A stretch of 64,000 nt of DNA. Source: Spizellomyces punctatus DAOM BR117 (taxonomy: Eukaryota). The translations under genes and the position numbers were made by a program. Of the stretch, positions 39,937-52,193 are shown one piece after another. The number at the start of each line of letters is the position of its first letter. Within the stretch, counting starts at the first letter, position 1. Where the stretch lies: the NCBI GenBank assembly GCA_000182565.2, contig KQ257455.1, one strand, 5' to 3'. The notes below the pieces were generated by a model. That model was not told the DNA's origin. It was given only the letters and a program-made list of their open reading frames with translations, and did not search any database.

Positions 39937-40219
39937 GTCCTGCCCTTGTAACTGCAAGTTTGCACGAAACAATTCGAATCAATGTTAAAAAAGATGTCGA
40001 ATGGATATCGCGTACAAAAAAGACCAGATTCCACTTTGACAAACTCGTCAAACAACAAACGAACACTAGATGGGAATCCTTTCATCCGCGTCACGTGATT
40101 TGATGACACACGCGCCAGGGGCCAAGGGAAGGAACTTCCAGCTTTTGTTGTTTTTGTTTTCATTCGAGTTGATTTCTGTTTTTCTTGCTTTTGGGGAATA
40201 ACAACGTTTTGCATTTGGC

Positions 40220-41674
40220 ATGGCCCACTGGCAGGCCCTCCCACTGGAACTCTGGACCGTGATATTCACATTTGTGCCTGATCCGTCATCCCTCAGCCTA
40301 ACATGCAAAACCCTACACACGCTCACACACGACCCTTACACGGTCTCAAAATGGCTCATCACGGCTTATGGCCGGGCATTGGCGTTTTATCGAGGGTGGA
40401 TGGAGCGACGGAGGGTGTTGAATTGGGATGTGGCTTTGCAGATGGTCAAGGCGGGTGCGATGTTGCAAAGGTTTTTTGTGCAGATGGTTGTTAAAGAAAT
40501 GGGAAAGGCCTCTGTGGAGCCGGGGTTTTATGCGTTTTTGGTGGGGGAGGGATTCAAGAAGTTTGGTACTGAGGTGTGTGTGTGTTGTGTCAAGTTTTGT
40601 TATGGTTTATATCTTTACTAAAATCCTGCTTGCAAAACGCCTGGACAGGTGGATTATACCGGGGACGATGCAGCGGCGTTTAGTACGGCCCTCTTTACGA
40701 CTGTTTCCCTCCCACACCTCCATCGTCTCATTACCACATTTCATTTCCATCCCCTGAAACCCCTCATCACCCACCCTGAAGAATCCATCTACCGTCTCTC
40801 AAAACTCGACATGGCCCTCCTCGACCACCTCCTTGGCACCGGATGGGATCCGACCCCATTCAACGACGGCGTCATGAGACGTGTAGTCACCGACGATGTG
40901 ACGCCTGATGTATTGACAAGCTATCTTACCCGAGGCTTCACCCTAACACCCCAATCCATCAAAGCCGCCCTCCGAAAATGCGATGAAGGAACGCTAACAT
41001 CCCTGAAAACGCACGTGGAACCCACTCTACTCGAATCCGCCGTCCACGACCTCTTTATCGACAACCTTGCCCCCGATTTCCAATTCTCGAATGGCCTCGT
41101 TGCGTTCCTTTTACGCCATTTCCGTATCCCTGACCCGATTGTCGAGCAGGCTCTTGTGGATCCCCATCCCTCCGAGACCTGTCTGCCTCTTACACCCATC
41201 ACCCGGTGTTTCAAACAACCCAAACCCGGTGTCGCATGGCGGTGGATCCTCCGTACCTATGGCCCCACACACCGGTTTACGCAATACTGCTTTGACGACG
41301 CTTTATTACGCCTTTCGCATCCGGATGGGAATGTCCGACCCACTACACACGATTTCCTTGCTAGCGGTGTTAAATTCTCTCCACGGCATGTTCGATACCT
41401 TTCAGCAATCGCGATGGGGTGTGCAGGGTTTGCGGTCCTTGCTGCTCACGATCTCCTACAACGTATGCGCCAACAAGTTGTTTCTGATGGTGGGGATGCC
41501 TGGGCGGAAGTCTTTGGATCTGAGATGGAGCACCTAAAGAATTTGCCTTGTAAGAAGGAGGATGGGGATATGCCGGTTTGGGCTTCCACCCGACGTCCTA
41601 GTGATCCCCCGTTTCCTGCTGCGTGGTTTGTGCGAGAGATGGAGAGTATTGTTGAGGAGATTGGGAAAGGGTGA
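40220..41674 (+). CDS. F-box-like protein of unknown function, 2 exons
   Basis: N-terminal WQALPLELWTVIFTFVPDPSSLSLTCKTLH is an F-box pattern; intron at about 40574-40648. Confidence 0.7.
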
Positions 41675-41857
41675 AGGGATGTTGGGGAATTGTTTTGCTT
41701 TTGGGTGGACTTGTGTGTGCTTTTAACAGTATTTTATAAAGAACCGTTTTGCACTTGAACTCCTACCACGTCCAGTCGCTATTGATTTATGACTCATTTG
41801 CCAACCCTCTCAAAAAGCACCTCCCACTCTCGGATCCAACAAAACCCAACTTGCACG

Positions 41858-42302
41858 ATGCCAACCACCATAACACCCTACGAAGGTAAACCCCCCACAC
41901 TTTGCATTCAACATGCACAAAATAAGAAACACTCACAAACCAATAATATCAACAGAAGGATTCTGGGCCCGAACCAAACGAAAGAATGCCGAAAACCCCT
42001 TTATAGCCCCGGGTACATGCCCAATCCCCTTCCAAAAAATCATTCTTTTCATAACTCACACTCATTTTATTTTATTAGCGGTGGTACTAACATGTTACGG
42101 CCTCTACCGCATGTCCGTAACATTATTCCGACATGACCGGATTGGATTCCAGAATTCGCAGAGATTGCGTGTGGGTGCTCAGATGGCGGCTTTTGCGGCT
42201 TTTGTGGGGGGGATTTGGTATCAGGATTTAAAGAAAAAGGGGGAGATGGGAGTTGGGAAGCCGGTTGAGAAGGTTGAGAAACCGGTTGAGAAGAAAGAGT
42301 GA
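41858..42302 (+). CDS. HIG1-domain mitochondrial protein (Rcf1-like), 3 exons
   Basis: EGFWARTKRKNAENPFIAP|AVVLTCYGLYRMSVTLFRHDRIGFQNSQRLRVGAQMAAF is a HIG_1_N pattern. Confidence 0.8.
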
Positions 42303-42875
42303 GGAATAGTGTGGGTGGGAGGTGCAAGGATACCACGGAGCAGCAACACTGGAAATCGATCCATGTATATATTTGAATACACGAATCAAATGAGGATATC
42401 TTGTTGGAATTTGTAGAGCTGAGTGTATGTTCATATGGCGGTTTCGGCGTTTCGTAGGGGGATTTTGGTATGGGAATTTAAAGGGGGAGATGCGAGTTGA
42501 GATTGAGAAACAGGGTGAGAAGGATGAGCGATGTGTGTTGTGCGTGGGAGGTGCAAGGATATCACGGCAAATGGACCAACAAAACCGGATATTGACTATT
42601 GTGCGACTTTTTTTGAATATACGAATCAATTGAGGATATCTTATCGGAATTCGTGAGTGTGTGTTCATATGGCGGTCTCTTTTGTAGGAGGGTTTTGGTA
42701 TCAGGATCTGGAGAAGGGGGAGATGCGAGTTGAGAAACAGGTTGAGAAGGATGAGTGATGTGTGTTGTGGGTGGGAGGTGCAGATTATCACGGCAAATGG
42801 ACCAACACCCGTAAAGTTACCGTTGTGTATTCATTGTTGAATATACGAATCAAACAAGGAAGATATCTAATGGGA
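42183..42875 (+). repeat. Three degenerate tandem copies (~210-250 bp) of the HIG1 gene 3' end plus 3' flank
   Basis: Units start with ATGGCGG at 42183, 42435 and 42669 and share ggggagatg, gtgggaggtgca, acgaatcaa and gatatct blocks in the same order. Confidence 0.9.
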
Positions 42876-42990
42876 CATGTCCATGTAACCAAAAACTTTT
42901 TTTTTAACGGCAACTTGTCCACCAAAAGCGAAAAAAAAAAAAACCATCAAACATTAAAGAAAAATACACAACAAAAACCTACTCTCCAAT

Positions 42991-45958
42991 CTACTGTCCA
43001 AACTGTTTCGCACGATAAAGCTGCCTACGAAACCTCACCCCAATCCTCTCAAGCACACTCGGCGAAATCCTCAAACTCGCACTCTCACAATCCCTCAAAC
43101 ACCCTTTAACAGCTCCCATCAAATTAGCCGCACAAGCAACCAGTTGGGCATCCCGATCACGATCCATAGGTGCAGACGCTTTAACAGCCGCAACAATCTT
43201 GAGTTGTTGTCCCAGGGTTTGAATCTTATCTGAACATGCTAGGAGTTGAGCACGTAACCTCCGATCCGTACATGCCTCAATAATGGGTCGAGCACTTTGG
43301 GAAACTGTCATGGCTTGTGATGTGATTTGTTGGGCGGAGGCTATAAATGCTTTTTTGGTTGCCGGTTGGGCTGAGGTGCGGAGTTGGGTGTGGAGGGCTG
43401 AGAGGTCCAAGAGGTTTTGGGACATGATGGTTACGGCGTGGACAATGGGGTTTTGGGTTGATGTCCAGTTTGAGGCTTCGACTTTGAGTTCTTGTCCTGC
43501 AGCCTTTTGATGCGTAGGGGACTTTAAAACCTTTTTTCAAAGAGATCAATGACTACAAATATGCCCTTACCTTGATGGGCTCCGCTTTAGCCTCCTCTTC
43601 AGACAACAAAACCGGTTTCTCCTCCTCAACAATAACAACATCCTGCAACGTTTCCACCAATTCATCCAAAGCATGTTTAGCACTTTTCACATTCGTTTCT
43701 TCTTGAGGCTCCGATTCTTGTGTATTTGTATCCTCAATGAGCTCGTTTCCGCCCTTGTAGTTTCGGATCACGTCGCCGAGGCCTGTGAGGTGGGATGCGA
43801 GGTCCCGGACGATGGAACCGAGTTCAAGGGCTGCGTCGAGGGAGGAGGCGGTCAGGGAGTTGAGGACCAGTTCGGCGCCAGATAATAGTTGTGGGAGGAC
43901 TAGAAGAAAACAAAATAGAGTTTCTCAATATAAACATATGGAAAAAAAACCTTTTTGAATAACATGCCAAAAGATAGGACATACTTGTTTCAACCTGCTT
44001 AATCTTGGCATCTAATTCCTTGCGATATCCAGCATCTTCTGTATTCTCTGCCTCTTTTCTTGCGACTGCTACAAACTGGTGGGCAGCCGATACAAGCAGT
44101 GCAGCTTCCTGATGTGTGGACCGGATGTCACCCTTTGAAGCCACGGCTGCTAAAGCACGGGCATGATGCTCAAACCCATTCTCTTTTAACCACAAAAAGT
44201 GTAAATATAGATACCTAGATACGCAAAAAAAAAAAAAAACCAAAATGATACTCACTGGCTCCCGATACCAATTCATGAGCTTTAAACACCCCTTCCTGTC
44301 CCACCATTAACCTCTGCACATCCTTGACACCGTCTTCCCACGCCGCAACAACAGCCTTGTAATGCTCCTGAGTGGCAGCATCAGCAGGATTCGCCACCAA
44401 CAATTCCGTAGCACCTTTTAAGCCAGATGTTAACCCCTTTAGCCGATCTCTAGCCACTTTGAGTTCCTGCGCAAGTTGGGGATGGGTCCGACACACCGTA
44501 TCCATGGCCGTCGTAGCAAGTGCATACAATTTCGCTGATTCACCTTCAAAGCGTTCTAACCCCTCTTGAACGGCTTTTGTGTCCCCTTTTTTAGCGGATT
44601 CGTGAATGTGTGTCAAGAGTGTCCCGGGTTGGGTCGTGCTCCCCACATTGGCGATCACGCTCCCAGCTTCGGAAACGATACTCTTGTTCAACCCGGTTTG
44701 AAGGGCCTCCGTGCGTGCCGTGAGATTATCCAGTGCGGTACGGAGGGCACGTTCGGTCTCTGGGGTAGGTTTTGCTGAATAGTCTTTTAGAGCCTTTTGG
44801 AGACGGGTTTCAGAGTTTGTAAGTTCGGTTACTAGGGTCTCGCAGGCGGCTTTTTGGAGGGGGTCTTTTAGGCCTTTGATTTGATCTAAAAAGGGGGGTG
44901 TATTCAATACATTTTCCTTGTCCTTTTCACTCCATTTTGATTAAAACTACTAGTACGCACCTTGAGCGTGCTGGATGATGGCACCGATGGCATCGGATTG
45001 CTCCGTAATGGCTCCATGAACATCTTGAGTTGACCCGGATTGAAGGCCTCGGAAGATTTTGGGAACGTATTCTTCGGCAAGCGCTTTTCGGAGTTTGCCT
45101 ACCTCGCCAATCTGGTCATACCAAAATTCAGTGTCAAAACCCCTCTCTTTTCAACCACCAAGCTCAAAATAAGACAAACAACTATACCTCCATGGCCAAC
45201 CCTTCCTCCTCCGTTGTAAACTGCACCACCACTTCAATCTCCTTAACCACGTCCACCAGTCTCTCACACGTCTCCTTCCGAGCGTTCTTGGTACCCTCCT
45301 TTCCAGGATGCATCAAACACAACTTGCACACCCCAATCAACCCCGGACTCTGCTTGGTCAACGCCACAATAGCCGTCTTGAGCCGCGTTTGCAAGACTGG
45401 GTACAACAACTCTGCGACACGCTTATTGGTCAACTGAGCCAACACCACAATCGTTTGCGACGCTTGGGCAATGGTTTGAACGTAGCTCTGAGCATCGGTA
45501 GGTGAAGGGGGCCCAAGGGTGATGGTGTAAAGTAGATTCCGGAGGAGCGTACACGCTGACAAAATCTTTCGAACCTCGGCATCATCAAACACATTCAATA
45601 CTTGGGTCGTTCCCGATAAAATCCCCTTGACAGCATCCAAAAGCCCCTGTCGTCCACTCTGAGAATACGGATCAGAAACTAACCCCTGAGTAGATTCAAC
45701 GAGCAATGCAGCAGCTTTGGTGACTCCTTCGCACGCTAATGGCATATCTCGCTTCATAATCTCATCAGCACTAGGTTGGTCTTGGATTTTTTTACCGACT
45801 GAGACGAGGTTGGCGATTTGGGATTCGACCCCGCTGGCCAAGGCCGACAAGTCTGGCATGGGTGTTCCTTCCGTTTCGGCATCGGATACAATGACAATGA
45901 GTGAGCTGACTGCTTCTGCTAACGGACTTAGAACGGTTTTGGAGGTTGTTGTGTGCAT
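42991..45958 (-). CDS. Vinculin / alpha-catenin family protein (vinculin-like), multi-exon
   Basis: MHTTTSKTVLSPLAEAVSSL..GTPMPDLS..ANLVSVG..IMKRDMP..DPYSQSGRQGLLDAVKGILSGTTQVLNVFDDAEVRKI parallels the vinculin D1 domain; tail CTDRRLRAQLLACSDKIQTLGQQLKIVAAVKA..QLVACAANLMGAVK. Confidence 0.9.
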
Positions 45959-46655
45959 TTTTTTTTTTAAAAGTATCGTGTGTGTTAACAGCAAAAGTTC
46001 AACTCCCAACACGTATTTTTCTAGGCGGAGTTGCTTACGGCATTCACCTTCCACATGAATATTCCATCCACATTGGAATGCAAGCGTGGAGATGTCCGAA
46101 TTGGTAAACAAAATCCTAACGCGGTATAGTGCCCTGTCGAGTGTCCGCACACGAAGCCGCTGCTTTTGTTGGGGGAGGTCTTTGCTTGCAATTTCCCTTT
46201 TAGCCAAGTGGGGAGGGTGAACTTTATCTGGTATCTTTTTTTAATTATTCTTTTGTTTTTCCTTTTGGTGTGTTGGGTTGACAGTCCTGCCTTTGTTTAC
46301 TGCAGGACTTTAAGTGATCGTCTTGTCTGGGGATTTTGAAAGGTATGTCCCATCGTGTTTAGGATGGCGGGATGGCGCTGGTCATGAGGGTGATCTACGT
46401 GTATATACACCCGCGATGGGAATATGTCCTTTACTGTGCGCAGACTCTGTTAGCGGTATTGCTGAGGTCATACTGCATTCAGCATCTGGTACGGTTGCTG
46501 TGGGGACTGGGCAAATATGCACGTTTAGATTACACCGAGATCTCGCTATGTGTCACCGCCATCTTGGCGGAATGCACACCAGTTGCATACGACATGATAG
46601 TCCAGACTGTCAACCAACACTTTCTGACAACTGTCTTGCACCTCATTGTCTACAG

Positions 46656-48235
46656 ATGTCACCCAACCACAATGTCCATCAAGTGGCGCCGACACGCTAC
46701 CGTGTCGAAGGGCCCGGCAACATGTACTTTTCCAACTTGCAACTCGTTGGTAGCATTTTGGGTGTTCCTCTGGGTATCGTCCTGCTCACGGGATGGCCCT
46801 TGGCATGGTTCCCGTTCCTGGCCGTCCTGCTAGCTCTTCCCGTGTTTGCGGCGTACAATGTCCTGTACGCTCAATATGCTCCTCCGATTCGCCCCCAGAA
46901 AGGCCTACCGGGCAAGAACATTGAGGATTACATGGTGATAAAGGACAAGGAACTTCAGATCTATTCTGGCAAAAAGAAGATTCCCATTGAGACCTTCTTT
47001 GAGAATTACTTTGATGAAAAGATTGATATCAAGGATGATATGTTGGAGCTTTTGGAATCGAGACATGATTGGGCTTCCTTCATTTGGACCACGGCTCAGG
47101 CAAAGTTTTTCTTGACTCAGTGGATTCCTGAGACGCTCTGGCATTCCAAGAAGCAGGATGAGGATCAAGTGCGGGACCACTACGACCGTGGAGATGACTT
47201 TTATGAATCATTCTGTGAGTGAACCGCTTGGTACTGCCCTCATGTCAGCACACGTATCTAACCGTGTGATTTTGCTTTCTAGTGGGCCCGATGATGATCT
47301 ACACCTCTGGTATCATGACCAGCGCCACCAAGCGCGAAACCCTTGAAGAATTGCAACAGAACAAGCTCAACTTGGTCTGTGACAAGATTCAACTGAAACC
47401 CGGCGACCGGATGCTCGACATTGGTTGCGGCTGGGGGACCTTGTCGGTTCATGCCGCCAAGGCCGGAGCCAAAGTCACTGGTGTTACCCTTGGAAAGAAC
47501 CAGGCTGCGTGGGGAACCCGCAAGGCGCAGGAAGCTGGCGTGTCCTCCAATGTCCAAATCCTTTGCAAAGATTACCGTGACATTCCCTTCCAAAAGTACG
47601 ACAAGATTACTTGTCTTGAGATGGCCGAGCATGTTGGTGTGCTCCGCTTTCAAACATTCTTGTTGCAAGTTCGGGAAATGTTGGAGGACGATGGTGTATT
47701 TTTCCTTCAAATTGCAGGGTTGCGTCGGACTTGGCAATATGAGGACCTGATGTGGGGTGTAAGTGTTGTACTGTCCCTTTCTTGGCCCCTCTGTATGAGC
47801 GCTGAGCGTCTGTCTATTTAGCTCTTTATGGCCAAGTATGTCTTCCCTGGCGCGGACGCTTCCTGCCCTCTCAACTGGTACATTGAGCAGCTGGAACGAG
47901 CTGGCTTTGAGGTGCAGAGCTCCGAGACTCTTGGTGTGCACTACTCGGCGACGATTTACCGCTGGTACTCGAACTGGTTGAAGAACAAGGACAAGATTAT
48001 TGCCAAGTATGGTGTGAGGTGGTACAGGATTTGGGAGGTATGTCAGTTGACCTTTTAGCCAGTTATTGGTTCTGGTTTCATTGACCTTTGTTACACCCGT
48101 TTGGATTTCCAGTACTTCCTTGCCTATTCCACTATTATTGCGAGACAAGGCAGTGCTACTGTCTACCAACTGGTTTGCCACAAGAACTTGAATTCGTTTG
48201 ATCGGAATCAGTTTATCGAACGACCGAGGCTTTAG
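46656..48235 (+). CDS. Sphingolipid C9-methyltransferase (cyclopropane fatty-acid synthase family), 4 exons
   Basis: EGPGNMYFSN, HSKKQDEDQVRDHYDRGDDFY, GPMMIYTSG, MLDIGCGWGTL, KITCLEMAEHVG, WQYEDLMWGLFMAKYVFPGADAS. Confidence 0.92.
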
Positions 48236-49049
48236 TGGTTTTACCATTACTTTGTAGTAGGGGTTTGAAACTTATTTAGGATTATAGGAAGGAGAGAGGG
48301 TTGGGGTATCTAGATGAACGTTTGGGGCTTAGCAAAAAAGTGTAGAAGTTAGGGACTTTGGTCTTAAAACTTGTACTTTTTTCGGAAGATGAAGGCTTTT
48401 GATGGTTTTTCTTTTTATTGTGCAGGGCGGTGTGCTTGATTGAATAACTGTTTGACGTGGTACCCCACTGACCAGCCAACCGACCGTGACTATTCCATCA
48501 AAATCAAAAACCATTTGATTTCCACTCTGCGACTGCGCGGCAGTCCCACCAAAGCAATATTTAAACCCACCATCACATATAACCTCTTTTCTGCATTTCT
48601 ATTCTCCCTACTTGCTCAAAGTAGGTCGAGATATCCACCACGCTGAGTGATGATTGATCGTAGCAGGTAAGGAGAAGGACAAAAAGATCGAGTACGTATT
48701 TTATGTATTCTCTTTGCCCTCATGTCTGTAACCGTTATATCTGACAGCTGGCCTGTATTCTTTTCTTTTATACTTTTTGAATAGAAGGATTTTTGGGGGC
48801 TTTTTGGAGAGAGGTTGTTTGGAGAGGTTTTAGATTTTGAGATGTATATTGTTAGTAGTTGGAATATGTTGTGACTTTTGGCTTTTCATGAGGTTTTAAC
48901 AAGGATGAGTGAGGACCAGCAAGCCGGCTCTGAGTGGGGCACTGAACGATACACAGCTAACACTCATCAGAAAAGGATTTGATGCGTGACGTTAAAAGCC
49001 TGGTTGTGCATAACTGGAACAGACTGGGTAGAGTCGCATACTGCAAACG

Positions 49050-49830
49050 TACAGTAGATGCAGAACGACATGAGTGGGTTCTCATTCAAATGAGTTTCTA
49101 TCTGCTAATTTAGTTTGTATAAAGTTTACAACCTCAAAAGTCCACGTTGCTCATCATCTTTTGCTCAAACCCCACTACAACTCATATCGAGTATTGCATC
49201 GGACAGATAAACGGGGAACACAGCAGAAACATAGCAGCGCGTGCAGATTGATGGGCATAGCCATACCGCCATAGCACCATCTATAAAAATAGGGCGAGTT
49301 GAAAGAAATGCAAAACCACCCACAATGGAAAACATCACCCATGTCCGCGCAGAACAACCAGAGTTCCCGCAACGTCGCGCAGAACACTCGGATTTTGTCA
49401 AAGGCAAAGTAATTGGATTGCACCAAGGAGGCCACTCCACCAGGCAGATGGCACACATTCTTGTTATCCCACAATCCACTGTATCAAATATTATCATACG
49501 ATACCGGACGACTGGATCGGTTACCACACCTAAACGTCCCGGACGCCCTCGTGCTGCTACACCAGAACAGTTGGCCATCATTAAGAACACGGTATTGGCT
49601 CTTCGGTGCTCCCCTCTCCGAGTCATCAAGCATGAGCTGGAGACCAAACATGGAATTAAATTCCATTACCAGACTCTCTTGGCTATTATCTATAGCCTCG
49701 GTCTTCGGAGTAATGTCGCTCCTTGCAAACCTTACAAACCACCCGTGGGTAACTGAAGAGCTCGTCTTTGGATTCAATGGACAGGAAAAGTTAGCTTGGA
49801 CACTGGCAGTGATGAGTTGTACTTTACCAT
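49050..49830 (+). mobile_element. Decayed Tc1/mariner-type transposon (transposase pseudogene)
   Basis: HTH region KGKVIGLHQGGHSTRQMAHILVIPQSTVSNII..RPGRPR; in-frame TGA at 49754, then RARL..W..GSDELYF (first-Asp motif); TA-CAGT at 49050 resembles a Tc1 left end; no right end found. Confidence 0.8.
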
Positions 49831-50037
49831 ATTCAGCAAAAGCAGAGGGTTAGCTGTGTATGCTCAGTGCCTGTCTGTGCAGCGGTGCACGCAGGATATG
49901 GGTCGCATGCTAAATATGTTAGTCATTTTAAATACGTCAAATTCAAACCCCTGGTATGCTTAAACATTGAATAGGTCGATACGATTAATACAATACATAT
50001 CATGAAGAAGAAAAAAACTGCCAAGAGCTGTACGAAG

Positions 50038-50120
50038 TGACGAGAGTGGGATTTGAACCCACGCCTCCGGAGAGATCAGGGCCTTAACCTGACGCCTTAG
50101 ACCAACTCGGCCATCTCGCC
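50038..50120 (-). tRNA. tRNA-Leu (anticodon AAG), no intron
   Basis: GGCGAGA acceptor stem pairs with TCTCGTC; D arm GCCGAGTTGGTCTAAGGC; anticodon arm TCAGG-TTAAGGC-CCTGA; long variable arm; T arm GTGGG-TTCAAAT-CCCAC. Confidence 0.97.
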
Positions 50121-50245
50121 ATGTGGATTTCAAGGGGTAAACGACACTCCATTCTTCACAGTTGGTCTTGCGAGATAGTCAAGTCGTTTGTTGCTTGCAA
50201 TCTGGTAGATCCCTCCCGAATGCCCAAGAGCCAACCATCCTTGCT

Positions 50246-52161
50246 ATGATCTCGTCTCCTGGGAAAAGCCCATCAAAGTCCACCCGCTCCTCTCCTCCAC
50301 CCGACCTCGGCATCACCTCTCATTGGTACACCCTCTTACTCGAATCCAAAGGCGGACACCTCGCGCTTTTCTCCACCTACCTCTTCACCATCTTTATCAA
50401 ATGGTGCGTATCTCTCAACGGATACTCTGGCCAGGGCGTTCCACCCCTCTACGGCGACTTTGAGGCGCAGAGGCATTGGCTAGAATTAACCGTTATTCTA
50501 CCGCGCGAAAAATGGTATCGTTACGACCTCCAGTATTGGGGGTTGGACTATCCATTGATAACGGCATATCATAGTTGGGTTATGGGCATTATGTGAGTTT
50601 ATAAAGTGTGCTTTAAGTGTGGAGATGAGGTCTCATGTAGTGTTATTGCAGAGCACGGTGCATTAATCCCGAATGGGTTGCGCTGGACACATCCCGTGGA
50701 TACGAAAGCGATGGACTCACGGTGTTTATGAGGGCTACGGCACTCGTAACGGAGTATGCCTTGTACGTCCCCGCTGTTGTCTTTTTCGCTAATCGTTGGA
50801 TAGGGTATGCAGAGTTCGTTCCCAAAGTTTGTACCTAATCGTTTGCCGAGTGTCCGTCGGATCTTGGCTCACGTTTCTCATATGCAGAATGTTCTCATCC
50901 TCCTGATACTCCTTCAACCCGCCCTTATTATCATCGACCATGGTCATTTTCAGTACAATTCAGCCATGTTGGGTTTCACGGTGTGGACCATCATGTGTCT
51001 GATTCGCGGCAAATACCTCCTCGGAAGTATAATGTTTTGCTTGGCGCTGAATTATAAACAGATGGCACTGTTTTATGCGTTGCCTGTTTTTTGGTTTTTG
51101 CTTGGTCGCTGCTTTATTGAGAAAGGGTAGGTTTTTGCGGATTTGTTGCAAATCGTGCACGTTGATCTCATGGGATATTCATTGGCGATAGTGGCTTCCG
51201 GTTATTGATCAAGATCGCATGTACAGTTGTCGCGACATTTGCTATCATCTTTGCCCTCTACTCTACATCCCTACCCGATGTCCTTCAAGTCTTTAAGAGA
51301 GTTTTCCCCGTTGAACGTGGACTCTATGAAGACAAAGTGGCTAATGTCTGGTGTGCAATCAGTGTGGTGATCAAATTGCGACAAATGTTTGATCTCCAAA
51401 CATTGGTGTATGTCAGGTAAGGTTTTGTGCTGGAGGTTGGACCTTTTTCGGATTCTCGTTGAACTGGAATTGTAGTATCCTAGCCACACTCCTGTCCGTC
51501 TTACCCTCCGGCATCAATCTTTTCCTCAGCCCAACACCTAAGCGTCTCGTATACGCGCTGCTGAACTCTTCATTAGGGTTCTTCCTGTTCGCCTTCCAAG
51601 TCCACGAGAAATCGATCTTATTGCCGCTGTTACCCGCTACGTTATTGTTGCTGGACGAGCCGCTATGGAGCGTGTGGTTTAATAACGTGGCCATGTTTAG
51701 GTAAACCATCGTTGCGGTACATGCGATTTGAATTTGGTTGTTAAATGCTACTGTGCATTTTGTAGTATGTTCCCTCTGCTAAAGAGGGATCAGCTCGTGC
51801 TTCCCTATGTCCTCCTTTTACTTCTTTGGAACTGGTTTGCCAGTTTCAGTATTAGACAGGCGTCCAAGAATGCCAAGATCGTAGTGCTGGTAATGTCACT
51901 CCGCTTCTTGATAACGCTAAAAACGTTTTTGTCCTCACTATTTGTTGTTGATTACAGCTTTCATACATGCCGATACTTTTGGTCCACACGCTAGAGGCAA
52001 CGGTCCCGCCCCCTGCAAAATTTCCAGACATTTACACAATGGCCAGTGTCGGAATTAGCACCGGACTTTTTCTAGTATTTCTAGTATATTTCAATTATCG
52101 ACAGTTTACATTGAGTGACAGTAGTATACCCAGCATCAACAACAAACTAAAAAGAACATAG
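50246..52161 (+). CDS. ALG6: Dolichyl-P-Glc alpha-1,3-glucosyltransferase Alg6
   Basis: [83 protein letters not shown]. Confidence 0.95.
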
Positions 52162-52193
52162 CCCATCGTAAGGAGTTGCGTTCGTTTAATAAA

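Noticed and set aside
42183-42875. Repeat array as a CRISPR-like locus
   Set aside because: Units are long degenerate duplications of a gene end, with no identical short repeats or unique spacers; eukaryotic context and no cas genes
48640-48990. Intron-like signals and GAACGATACA, suggesting U6 or U3 snRNA
   Set aside because: No ACAGAGA box or other conserved U6/U3 elements in the right order
49754-49756. In-frame TGA in the transposase as possible selenocysteine or readthrough
   Set aside because: It sits at a non-catalytic position in an otherwise truncated element; a simple nonsense mutation is more likely
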